Source: Octopus vulgaris (lineage: Eukaryota). From it: a DNA stretch of 64,000 bases. Within the stretch, counting starts at the first letter, position 1. Each line of letters opens with the position of its first letter. Under the pieces are notes generated by a model, which worked only from the letters and a program-made list of their open reading frames with translations, was not told the origin of the DNA and did no database searches. The DNA lies in assembly GCA_951406725.2 (NCBI GenBank), contig OX597825.1, positions 47,802,001 through 47,866,000 of the forward strand, given 5' to 3'. A program made the position numbers and the translations under genes. This document shows positions 13,162 to 25,721 of this stretch, in pieces.

Positions 13162-13889
13162 GCGTGCGCGCACGTGACAGATATATATATTTATATAAAT
13201 TTTCCTGCACATGCGAGCTCAGATCTCTGTATCGTAGCTATGTACAGTGTTTTGACTTTCTTGTTTTCTTTGAATTGAAAGTTCAAGTAATGTGTGCGTT
13301 ACCTAATAATACTATTTTCTGTATCTTGTATAGGGTTATCTCTATTTCCATAATTTTGCATTTGGATAATTTCTCCAGTTGTTTTAGAAATACTGTTTTT
13401 TATTCTATCATATAACATAGTTATCGTTTCTTCTGCTTATCTTTCCAGTCAACGACAAAGAAATGCAAACAAATTGAAAGAAAATTCCTCAGTAGATAAT
13501 AATATTTTTGAAATGTTTTTATTTCATACAACTCTATAAGTGTGACGAATGTAAATAATGCAGTAACTATCTATGAAGGTTATTTTGCAAGTTCTTTACA
13601 AAATTTCATCGACCATCCAACATGATACTTGCTTAAATCTCGATATTATTTCTTAGTTTAATATTGTTATATATAGAATACTATAGTTAGGATAAAATAC
13701 AGCTTTTTATTTATCCATAAATATGGTTATTGAATAAAGAGATCAATTGCTATTGCATAGAACCCATCGTCATTGCATTGTATTTGTAGCAATGACTCAC
13801 CATTTATAGCCTGGAATCTTCTGCTTTAGTGCAGAGCCTGTTTTTGCAAAATCGAGCAGAGATTCAACAATTACTGTTTACTTAATGAT

Positions 13890-13945
13890 TCTTTTATTTG
13901 TTTCAGTCATTTGACTGCGTCCATGCTGGAGCACTGCCTTAAAGG
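13890..13945 (-). mobile_element. 3' tail fragment of tRNA-derived octopus-type SINE
   Basis: TTGTTTCAGTCATTTGACTGCG.CCATGCTGGAGCACTGCC matches the tail at 34150-34192. Confidence 0.7.
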
Positions 13946-14469
13946 ATTCTTTTTTAGTCGAAGATATTGAAAAATATTGAAAACCGCAGACAAAATATTT
14001 CCTGTTTGGTACCTAGCGGAAGGGACTTTAGTTCTTTTGAAGTTGATTTTACATATAAGATGCATGATAAAATAATAGCAGTAATTCACAAATTCACCTA
14101 TATATTTTAAAGGCTAGGTATTTGTCTGTTTACAAAACTCCACAACACAGTTTATAGAAATGTGTTGTACAGTTTATTCTTTTGCTGGTTTGAAACATTG
14201 AGCTTCGGCGATATTGGAGTACATCCCTGTTTTCTGAAGAGCTAAGTTACGGGATATGAAAAGAACAGAATCTAATACCTGTCTTTAGACCGGTTTAAAA
14301 ATTTACACCCATAATAGTATCTATATCTATATCTACAAGATAATCATATCTTAATTCATTTAATCAGGGTATCTCTTCACTGGTGAGGCTTAACAACTAA
14401 TTAGAAATCAATAATTGCTCTGATGTCTTGGTGAGATAATAATGGAGATAATGATTCTCTTTTGTCTTT

Positions 14470-14812
14470 CTTCTTCTTGTCATTAGACTGCAGTTATGCT
14501 GGGGCACTACTTTGAAGAACTTTAGTGGAACGAATCAACCTCAGTACTTCGGTTTTAAGGCTTAATATTTACTCTATCAATCTCATTTGCCGAACCCCTA
14601 AGTTGCAGGGATATAAACACAGACGCAGAGACATGCGCGCACACACACACACAAACACACACAAACACACACGCACGCACACACACACACACACACACAC
14701 ACGAAGTTTTATAGTAGCAGACACTTGCCCAAGGTGCCGCGTAGTTGGGATTGAACCCGAAACCATATGGTTGGGAGGTAAGCTTCGCACCCCACAGCCA
14801 CGCCTGCGCCTC
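14470..14812 (-). mobile_element. tRNA-derived SINE (octopus-type, CORE-like) with internal (CA)n
   Basis: Minus-strand head GGCGCAGGCGTGGCTGTGG...GGGTTCAATCCC (A/B boxes) followed by CACCTTGGGCAAGTG; homologous to 34140-34539. Confidence 0.85.
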
Positions 14813-17164
14813 TATACGCGTATATTTTCTCACCGACGAATATCAAGAACATTTAGTTGTATCTGCGACAAGACAGCTCTTTAGCTATGCAGAAAGGCAA
14901 ATCCTTCTGAAGTGATTACATAAGCATCAATCGTTCATGAGGGTACAGCACTGTACAAGGAGAACGAACAGAATGCAATTGTAGACAACCGATTGAGAAA
15001 CATTTCAATTTTGAAGATCTTACTGCCGAACAAACGATTACTTTGTGTATAAGATGTGTAGTGACGCTATTCCAACAGCGCGCGCCGCGCGCTAACGCCA
15101 AACAAACTTCACAATTATTGTTAACAACTTTGTATAAGAAGGGGAGATAATTTCCGGAAATTAAAAAAAATTCACGTTTCGATTAACATGATTAGAAGAG
15201 ATCAACTACTAATGTTTGTTTCAGTGATGGGAGACGGCTATGAACGCCTTTTGTCCTCGGTTTAGAGACGCCAGTAGAACATAGTCTTAATAGACAAACA
15301 GGTTATCAGGCAGACGGAGACAGGCATATAGGTAGGTAAATTGATATTTGTATGTAAATATGTATACTTTTAGATGTACTCACAAAAGCAAGAGCGCTGA
15401 ATACATCTAAGAGAGTTTATTTACTGGCTCGAAGCTAATAATTCACTCGTTGCTACTGCGAGTTTCATATTGAAACTGAATATAAAAACTTTGTGAAAAT
15501 ATCTCCATTGAAACATATACTCTGTTTCAATGAAGAAAGTGGAATCCTGGGTAATATATTGCCCATCAGTACCAAGAACCGGTTACCTCGATAGTGTAAA
15601 TTTCAAGGCAATTTTCATGTGTGGTATGGAAATGACGTTAAAACCTAAATTAATCAATCCTGTATGTAAAGTAATTATGTCAATTCTTTTCATAAATTCT
15701 TACGATAATTCAATAAAATGCCATACAGGTGTTATAAACATTTGACCAAACCAGTATTTTGTCGATATGTGAAGCTGAAAGCGTTTCAGAATCACTAACA
15801 AGCCATCAATCATGATACAATAAATAGTAGCACGTCAGTAAAGGAGTAATAAAGGTTTCTATACAAATTATTTAACAGACATTAGTGCATGTCTTCGCGA
15901 AAAGCTTCGTGTGTACACATACAAAAAGTAACGTGGTTTTTATAAGATACTAAACAAGTACGGTGACTACATATTGAACTAAAAAATTGACTAAGGAACA
16001 CTTGTCAACTATTTACTCTTGCTTTTTTATTATTTTGGGCTATATTCTGTATTCTTTCAGAAATAACTTTGTCTCTTCTCCTGTTGTCACAGGAAAAATA
16101 CCAAGGTTTCTATAAAAGCGTCAACGAGATTTTAAAAATATAGAAAAAAAGAAATTGAGAAGCATTTAAGCTGACGGCCGGTCATTTTTTTTTTCTTGGA
16201 TTGTACTTTAAATACACATTTTTCAGTTGTAGTGAGTAGGACTATGAAAAGGATGTTATCAATAGTAATAATAGAAATAAGCGATTAATGACGAAAACTT
16301 AAAAGTTTTCACAGAAAATAATCTATATCAGAACTTGCAACTGAAAGATATATCAGTGTAGTTTACTCACAAGAAGATTAATAACTTTGTAACAATTTGG
16401 AAATACACAAATATCCAGATTAATCTGATTTAAGATTTAATAACTAAGAATAACTCCGACTGAGGTCAAATCCATAGTTTCTGAAAAATAGCAAGATCGA
16501 CAACGTTAAAAATAATTAACGGACAAGCAGAACTGCTTGGAGAAACGATACAAAGGCCTAACCTAAAACAGATTTAGTAACGTTAAGATTCAAAGTGATC
16601 ATGATTGCATACACCATGCATAAAGGATCAAATTTATCATCCTCAGTAATAACGAAAATTTAATTAAAATCCCAATTTCTTAACTCTGTTTTTAAAATCG
16701 GTCAAAAAAGCTGAAACAAATTATTAATATTATTATTAATATATAATTATTCATATTCCTATTATTAACCTCTAATTACACAATCATATTCTGTTACTAC
16801 TTCACTAGAGACTTTGCGTTTATTGTATTCATTTTAGCCAATATCATAGAAGTTCACCAAATGAGCAGTGACTGGCACTCGTGAAATAAATCACATTCAA
16901 CAGAATTCTTTTCAATATCCAAACAATTATTGCGTTCCTCATATAAACAGTCGAAATCGATCATTAAATACATCTCCCAGTTTCGGGAAAAATAGATTTG
17001 CTTCCCTTGATTATTGGTATTATAAACAACTGAGCGGCTGGCCAGTCTCTCGTCGGATATAACTTCTCTGAACAACAAATCTAAAACCCAGACGAATCAT
17101 TGTGCTGTTATTTGTTACAGCTACTATATTAACTTCACTTACTTTCTGCCTATTTTAGCTGTTT

Positions 17165-17285
17165 TCCATCATATTCTGCTCTGTGATTTTCTTTTCACTT
17201 GGTTCAATGTAATCTCTGCCGTCTTCAGTTCCTTCAGGTGATCCTTAGGCATCCCAGCAGATCTCTGCTGGGCGCCAATCCACAT
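17165..17285 (-). mobile_element. short decayed LINE 3'-end fragment (RTE-like); paralog at about 20030-20150
   Basis: TTTTCACTTGGTTC.ATGT.A.CTCT.CCGTCTTCAGTTCCTTCAG is shared by both loci. RTE assignment is tentative. Confidence 0.45.
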
Positions 17286-18184
17286 GTTAGTACCCTACAT
17301 GTTTGTAAACTGTTTTCTTAGTCAAACCTGGACATTGTGCACCACATCCTACAAACACACACACACACACACACACAATCTCATTCTGCATCTCTAAACA
17401 ATTATATTCACTCCAGATCGAATAAACTTGGCATCAGAAGATTAAATTTATATCATTTCTTAATTACAAGTTTAATGTAGTCCGAGATTTGCAAAAATCA
17501 CGATCGTCACAGCTGTCAGCTCGATGGAAATTAAGCTGGAGTTAACTTCAGCAGGATGAAAATGAAATCCCATCAGAATCCGGTCATAACACAATGAAAT
17601 AATACTCAAATTGAAGTATCAAGCAGTGTTCTCTAATGTCTTGTCAACTCCAATACCATTCTATAATCATTTCAAAAGGTCTCGAAATCTGTTTATTTTT
17701 GCAACTTCTCTTTCTTTTTTCTCTACCTCCCCATTCTCCGTGATATTGATAACTGAAAAAAGCTTAGTAATTGCTGTATAATTTCTCTATATGGACCAGA
17801 CAAATGGAAGTATCAGTCATATACCTTAAATGCTCTAAGCTGCTGGTGGTCTTTAGCGATAGAATTGACACGGATATACGTCTTCTTATAGCTACACCAG
17901 TCTGAAGAGAAGTCAGGGAATAAACCGCTCAACCTTGAGACAATTATATGAGGTAGAGTCGAACGATTGAGTAGGTATTAGATTAGCAGTCATGAGTTCC
18001 TATTTCTCTACAGAGTTTTCGATGTACTTGTGGACACCAATCACTGACTCAGTTTACCTACTGAAGAATAGTTACTTAATTTAGATTACATTCCTATACA
18101 ATTCTTTTTTTGTGTGTTTGAAGCCCAGTTCTACTACTGTTTGTTAAAATATTAACAACGTTTGAAGAAATTCATCATATTGCT

Positions 18185-18397
18185 TTCAAATTCTGACACA
18201 AAGCCAGAAATTTTGGGAAAAGAGGTAAGTCGATTACATCGACCCCAGTGTTCAACTGGTACTTATTTCATCAACCCCGAAAAGGATGAAATGCAAAGTC
18301 AACCACAGCGGAATTTGAACTCAGAACGTGAAGGTGGACGAAATGCTGCAAAGCATTTTGCTTGGAGTGCTAACGTTTCTGCCAGCTCGCTGCCTTT
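18185..18397 (-). mobile_element. tRNA-derived SINE, second family (Meta-domain-like core)
   Basis: Minus-strand head GGCAGCGAGCTGGCAGAAACGTTAGCAC...GAGTTCAAATTCC, then TTTCATCCTTTTCGGGGTTGATGAAATAAGTACCAG. Related copies at about 58220-58345 (+) and 63005-63215 (-). Confidence 0.8.
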
Positions 18398-19879
18398 GAA
18401 GAAATTCGTCATTGGACAGTCTTCCTCAAACATTGATGAAAACTGTCATATATGACGAATTTTTGATCAAATTACATGTTGTTGTTGTTGTTGTTTTTGT
18501 TCATATCACACCTGATTGAACCGATCTGTGACATGCTCGATCAGAACTGATCGAACATACGTATGTTCGAAGTTGATCAAACAGTCGTTGACTAGTATTT
18601 CAATCTTAAACATCTTGTCATTTTCTAAGATATATTCGAAATAAATTATCTAGTGATCCGTTTACTAATTTAGCTAGTAGGTTATTAGCATCCCTAGAGA
18701 CTCCCTCGATTGGTTTCTCTGCCTGTTGTGAGGTTGCCGTTGTAGCTGCTGCTAAAACTGATAAGAGTTTCACACTTCTACCAAATAAAAAATACTATCA
18801 CATACGACTAAACATCAATGGCACAGTTACCCATGAATGAAACGGCGAGTTATAGAATAATGCACAGATGTCTTCTGATATGTTTCTTGGTAATGTCTGA
18901 TTACGGTAGAATTATAGGGCGAAGCTAGCTGCAATACCTAATGGCAATATATCTTGGGGAAATTGTACGGATTTCACTTTGGTATGTGCTAGTTTCAGCA
19001 AATAAAGAATTATATACAAATAAGCTCTGACATCATCTCATTAGCGTTTGCAATTCAACACTAAGCCAACTGCAATGCAAATTAAAGTTTATTTCCATAT
19101 TAGTGTGGAACATGACGTGTCACAGTGTTGAGTTTCTAAAGCTGAGAACTTATTTAGTGTTTGTTTGGTTATATAAGTCTTTGAAATAGAAACTAAAGTC
19201 ACTCCTGCTATTTCAGTGTTTTGATGGTGATGCAATATATTACTTCCTCATTCATAAGCACAAGATAATCTAGAATTCCGCAAATTACTGATTTTATGAA
19301 GTTGCTCGATCTCTTTTCAAAACAGTGAGGCTCTTGTCAAAGAAAATGTAAGCGTCGTCTTGTTTACACTCATCACACTGCAATCCTGCATTGGCTAACC
19401 GTTGCGGCACTTTTAGTACATGTGTTAAATAATAACATTTATAGAGTTCAAAGCAATTTTATCACTGGTAGCCATCAAACAACTGAAATTAAACTATTTC
19501 TTCTTTTACACAGTCACTAAAAGAAAGAATAGCTATTAAACGAATCTTTGAAGTGGACATAAAAAGGTTTTTGTTTCACCAACTCCTGCATTCAATTTAA
19601 AAACTAACAAGTGAATGTAGTAATATTTGTCAACGGATTTCCGGGTAACGTTTATAGAGCTAAACTTGAATAACTTCCAGTTATTTAATTAAGAAGGTAA
19701 TATCTACAACTAATTCCTTGTAATAAATATATACCATACTTTTACTACACTTAGCATTTGATCAAGAAAAATCGGTTAAAAAAGGAGACTAATAAACTTT
19801 CAGACCTTTCCCTGGTTATTATCATTATGCTATTTAACATTGTGAACCACACTACATTACTAAAATAGCATATAGACTT

Positions 19880-19985
19880 TGTTTCGGGTTCATTCCCATT
19901 ACGTACACTTTGGGTATGTGCTTTTTCCATAGTCTCAAGTTGACATTCCCCTTATATGTGGATCTCAGTAGACGAAAACTAAGCA
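19880..19985 (+). mobile_element. decayed SINE head fragment (same family as 34140-34539)
   Basis: GGGTTCATTCCCA...TTGGGTATGTG...GTGGATCTCAGTAGACGAAAACT resembles the SINE consensus. Confidence 0.55.
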
Positions 19986-21696
19986 ATAACACCATTTTGT
20001 TTTCCAGGGGTAAACATAGGCTCTTCACTGCAGTTTCCCATTATATTCTACTCTGTACTTTTTCTTTTCACTTGGTTCCATGTCACCTCTACCGTCTTCA
20101 GTTCCTTCAGCTTATCCCCGGTCCTCCTAGCAATTCTCTTTTGGGTTCTAAACTAAGACATATCTTGCTGAACGTCTCGCTGATCTTCTTAATCTATGGC
20201 CTATATATCTCCATTTCTGCATGTAAATATGCATATACGTGTGTGTGCATGCGTGTATGTGTGTTTATGTATGTGTCCGTGTCTAAGTTTTATGTAAAGC
20301 ACTGTGTTGTGAAAAACAGAGTGTAACTTAACAATTTAATAAACATATTCAATAAAACTATAAATATCAGTATAAAATAAGTGTAGTCGATGTGAGCAAC
20401 TACAACCAAGAAGACGATGCTCCAGAATGACCACAAATCGGTGTGTGCATGTGTGTGTGTTCGTGCGCGCGGGCGTGCATGTGCGCAGTTGAGGCGACAG
20501 TTTCGGGTAACTGCACCTGTTTTCCCAGGTCGACATTCAACTCTCAATCTTTTGATATTACATGCAAATCTCGGGAGGCGAACCTGGTATCTAGCATCGT
20601 CACGAAAGTCCTGACAAAACTGATACTCTTCTTCGTTGGGCGATGGCACTTGCAATGGCTAATCTCACTTTGTCTGCTATGACCTTTAAAGACCTTGTCG
20701 TGCCTTCAAGGGTAACATCCCTCTAAATAGGACAAGGAGCATGCTAGTAACTACAACTTAGCTGGCCAAACTGGATGGGCTCGCCAGGACCGCCTAGATC
20801 TAGAATTTTATCCAAACTTCAGCCGACTTGGGTTTCACCGCTTGGTCTTCCATCTTAGCTAGGCTCCCTGGCGCTTCATCTAACACACTTGCTGGTTCGT
20901 TCGTCAATCGATACTCGCGCCTAATTTCGAACTGCAAGCCGCCAGTCCTTTCCCTGAACCTCGTTATAGCGAGATACAATGCTCAGGAGCTCAATGTATT
21001 TAGTTACGACTTTGTAATCTTGACAGCCTCCACTGCTATCTATAGCCTTGACACTGCTCCTCTACTTCTGCCCTGTTCTGGCCTCAGCGCCAGCTTGGGA
21101 GACTTCAGGTCACAGGAATCTCCGCATTGCTACAACTTCCCAACACGAAACACCTCTCTCAAGCTGCTTCTAAGAAGTTTTGACTTAGCCTTCCATACAG
21201 GGTGATGCTGCTCAGACACTGAGGAAGTCCCAGCCGTTTCCACATAAAACAGTTTTCTTTCAAAGACCCTCATAGTGAATATTGGGCCCTCGTACCAAGA
21301 ACAGTTAAAGAATATGTGAAAGGATCACATGTTGGCGGATTCAAGCTTAAAAGTGTCAGAAAAATATAACATGTCCAATTTGTTTAGATAGGTTTTCAAT
21401 TCTTTGTTGGTTTTATGAATGGATGATGTATATCTCAACTGCTGTTAAGCATCCATCCTAGATTCTTCACATGTTTCTCGGTGATGAATGGTGTCTGTAC
21501 GCTATTGACCGAAAACCAGAACCTGCTTCTAATTCTGTTTTTGCTGAGCACAAAATATCTGGACTTGACTAGGTTGAAACACGTGCGCGCCCAAATCATC
21601 CATAAAAGCCCTAATAACTAGCTGCCAGAATATGGTGGGCGCTCTACTGCTAACTTTATCAACATGTTCATCGCAAGCGCGAAAATGGTCACTGAA

Positions 21697-21761
21697 ATAC
21701 TTTTATCAAAATAACACTTTTATCAAAATCGTATCACTTTTATCAAAATCGTATCACTTTC
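21697..21761. repeat. ~20 bp minisatellite (CACTTTTATCAAAATCGTAT) x3
   Basis: Direct read. Confidence 0.85.
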
Positions 21762-22454
21762 ATGTTGTGGAGACAACGGGAACCTTCGGACTGTTATAAT
21801 ATTCCAGAATGAGATCTCTGAACCTGCGTGGGACATGGTACCTTCCTGAGAATTTGCGCGCGCGCGCACACACACACACACACACATCCACCCCTACCCC
21901 AACACACATTTACATACCCATATTCACATATCAACTCAAACATTAACATACACATACATTTACGTACATATACATGTACACACACATACATACACGCACA
22001 CGAATAAATTTTGGGTTACCTGTTATGAGAAAAACCTTTAGGCCATTTATGATAAAAAATAATTCAAAGTATTAAAAAAAATGTTACACTTTTTTTTAAT
22101 AAAGCGTGCGTGTATGATTTTAAAAATACGCATATGCATCTGCGATGTTGTATATATTTTTGATATGCTTTTTTGCATTCATAAATATGTACAACTCACT
22201 GCTTGTGTGTTATGTAAATTATCATAAAATAGAAACACAATTATACTATATCAACATATTTGTGCGTGTGTTTGTATGCACAGAGTGAGTGAGTATATAT
22301 GTGAGAGAGAACCTACACATGAATTTTCATACAAGTACATAAGTGTATGTAGAACTGAATGCAAACATGTGTTTGTGCATATCTGAACGCTATTTATACA
22401 ACAATATTTATTTCAACACACTAACAAAAAATTCTCAGATGGCTTCTCTCACAC

Positions 22455-22609
22455 ACATGCATACATACATACATACATACATACATACATACATACATAC
22501 ATACATACATGTATATATATATATGTGTGTGAGTGTATACATATATATATGTATGTATATATATATACATGCATATATATGTTTATATATATATATTTGT
22601 GTGTGTGTG

Positions 22610-22669
<60 letters not shown>

Positions 22670-22670
22670 T
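22455..22670. repeat. compound (ATAC)n/(AT)n/(GT)n microsatellite
   Basis: Direct read. Confidence 0.95.
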
Positions 22671-22700
22671 TTTAACGATATAAAGGTGTCCCCTCCTAGT

Positions 22701-22980
22701 AAATTTTAAATCTTTATAAGATTCATAAGTTCCTTCTCAAAATTTACTCATATGTATTTTCTTGTGACCGCGTGTGTACCGTTGGCGATTTTTTCCTCTC
22801 TCTTCTCTTCTCTGGATCTTTCCTTCTCCTATGTTTCCGACGAAGAGCTCCGCTCGAAGCGTTAAACCCTCCTTCTTTCCTTCTTTCCTGAGTGTCCAAT
22901 AATATTATATTTGTTCCACGTCCTCGCGTTGTTGTGTTTTTTTTTGTACTTTCATGTTTGGATTAACTATATATATATAT

Positions 22981-23047
<67 letters not shown>

Positions 23048-23281
23048 TATCGACATACAAAATATAAGATATATATATATATAGTTAATCCAAACAAGAA
23101 AGCACAAAAAAACACAACACGAGGACGTGGAACAAATATAGTATTATTGGACGCTCAGGAAAGAAGGAAAAAAGGAGGGTTTAACGTTTCGAACGGAGCT
23201 CTTCGTCGGAAACATAGGAGAAGGAAAGATCCAGAGAAGGGAAGACAGAGGAAAAAATCGCCAACGGTACACACGGAGGTC

Positions 23282-23358
<77 letters not shown>

Positions 23359-23433
23359 GGGTATTTGTTTAAGGAAATATATATGAGTAAATTTTGAGAA
23401 GGAACTTATGAATCTTATAAAGATTTAAAATTT
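22701..23433. repeat. nested inverted repeat (outer arms 22701-22762 / 23371-23433; inner arms 22768-22970 / 23081-23277) centred on (TA)n
   Basis: Arms are reverse complements on manual comparison. Confidence 0.9.
23179..23213 (-). ncRNA. minimal hammerhead ribozyme-like motif, PLE type (U4C core variant); mutated twin at 22833-22867 (+)
   Basis: GUUU-CCGACGA-A-GAGC(UCC)GUUC-GAAA-CG-UU-AAAC: stem I GUUU/AAAC, stem II, palindromic stem III. Confidence 0.6.
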
Positions 23434-23434
23434 T

Positions 23435-24510
23435 CCAAGTATACCAATTCCTTCCAGAAAACACTTTCGGAAAACATCTCAAAAAATAAGATCTTCACCG
23501 GACTTATTTATATTATTTGATAAAACTGTAAATATTTACTCGGTGCCGTTGGATATGCATAACGACCAAATGCTTAAGGAATTAAATACCAGTTACAAAT
23601 ACGCAAAAATACCGGATTGGACGACATTAACAACATCTATTATAATCTTCTCTCAAGCCTGGAAAGGACTCGGCCATACCCACTGAAAACCCTCACTGCA
23701 TTTTAAAAGACCACAAACCTAATTTCCAATCTAAACCTTCCATTAGACTTATTTCTCCAACTAAGTCTGATTTGGGCAAAGTTGGCAAATGCATTATCGA
23801 CAGGATTACCCCTTGTTAAAAATGATGACAAACTCCCTTTATGGTGCTCTACCGGCGATGCGATCACTTGATTCGATTCCCTCGAAGATAAGCAACGTAT
23901 CCATTTTATTCAGTTTGATATTCCCAATTATTACGCCTCTATCTCTCCTATACTTTTAAACGAAGCCTTAATTTCTGCCCTCAACTTTACTAATATCCCT
24001 AGATCAGATATTGACATAATTTTGGCAGCCAGAAAAACCCTTATTAACTTTACAGAGCATTACTTGATTAGATCGGAGTCTACGGACCATTATGATACAA
24101 CTATGGGTTCTACTGGATTAGATCAGTCTACGGACTATTATGATACAACTATGGGTTCGTCAGATTCGGCACAGGTGACGGACTTGGTGGCCTATATCTC
24201 CTCTCCCAAATTAAAAGTAGCTTTCCAATTCTATTCGGAGGTCTTTATGGGGATGATGCGCTCCTTGCTACCCATGGCCTATTTCAACCGGCGGTAGAAC
24301 GGATTAAAAATTCCCCTAGGAATATTTTATTAAATGTTTTCGAATTTAACATTATTTTTTATGCTAATTCTAAGGTAGTAAATTTTCGGGACGTCACCTT
24401 GGACCTTAATACTGAATTATACAACACATATCGAGAACCCAATGAATCCCTGTAATATATTAACGTCTCTTCTAATCATCCTAGGCTAACTATCAACATC
24501 TATCAAAAAC
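23435..24510 (+). pseudogene. Penelope-like element reverse transcriptase (Naiad-like), decayed
   Basis: LKDHKPNFQSKPSIRLISPTKSDLGK, FIQFDIPNYYASIS, YDTTMGSSDSAQV, GLYGDD, VNFRDVTLDL, YINVSSNHP; stops, frameshifts and a ~50 bp internal duplication at 24063-24160. Confidence 0.85.
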
Positions 24511-24534
24511 TCAACGACTCACGCCTCTTAGGTG

Positions 24535-24590
<56 letters not shown>

Positions 24591-25080
24591 CAATCTGTTC
24601 CTCTACACGATATGACAGTCACTTTGCTTCTTACTCAGATTTTCAGAAATTTCGCATGACTGTATCCGAAATTTCTTCACACAACTTGATTAGCAATTCA
24701 ATATGAGCTATATGTAGACATGCACAAATTCTGTAAGTTTAAGACCTTTCGTCGGATCTCCAAGAATCGAACTTTCTTCAATGCAGTTAATCTTACACCC
24801 TCTTTTGTATCTACCCCTTTTGATGTTTGGGAATTCTCTGATGTTTTTTCGGCTGACGAGTACGAGCCATCTGTATTTACTGCATTTTTTGTAGCTTATT
24901 AAAGATGTCCTCGTACGAAACAATTGTACCGAGATTTTAATCCATTCTTGTTGCTTTTTTCCTATTTGTAATCACCCCACTTGTCGTATGGTTAACACCA
25001 TATAGATTTCCGGTGCATCCTAGTTAAGGACCATATTCATGTGAATTCATTAGAATTCACTTGAATCTCAATTACTTAAA

Positions 25081-25125
<45 letters not shown>

Positions 25126-25139
25126 CACCTAAGAAATAG

Positions 25140-25310
25140 CAACACAGATTATACTTTATCCTGATCCATAATTACACTCCCGCCTTATAGTGCTAGTTTG
25201 AACAAATGCGGACTATGTGTAAGGGAATCATATCATATAATTCAAACACATTAAATAAATTCTCTGGTGCGATTCTCTCATGAACTCATAAATTCCATTC
25301 CACTTTTTTT
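25140..25310 (+). pseudogene. C-terminal end of PLE GIY-YIG endonuclease region
   Basis: PYSASLNKCGLCVRESYHII...LNK...HKF resembles the PY..K.C.LC..E..I...LNK..C.H terminus of Naiad-type PLEs. Confidence 0.65.
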
Positions 25311-25721
25311 GAAAATTTATAGAACCAATCATATTGGATAATTAATTTAGAGGAGCACCTGCAGTTTGAAACCTTTTAGCTTTTAGCACTCTGAATATTC
25401 CATTGCGCTACGTTTAACTAGATTCAAGTTTCAATAGGTTAATATACTTGTCCCATCATTCCCTGTTCTCCATTTTCTCATCTGCATACGTAAGAAAGAA
25501 TTTTTATATAAGCATAATCCATCCCTCTGTAACAACTAGAAATTGTCGGAATTTTGAAGTTCGAATTCTTACACCGTGAGTTAAATTGTTTTTTACTGTT
25601 CTATAAGTGTTTTATGTCTAACGACACTTTGTTTTGCAGCTTGTGGTAGCTTTGTTGACGCTTTTCCCCTTGTTTGAGTGCGGTAATGAAGGCGGAATAT
25701 GAAAATCTTAGCTCCTCAGAC

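Noticed and set aside
20585-21300. Possible LINE 5' region with HDV-like ribozyme, or a host ORF (20828-21205)
   Set aside because: GC-richer than background, but I found no convincing protein motif or nested double pseudoknot by eye.
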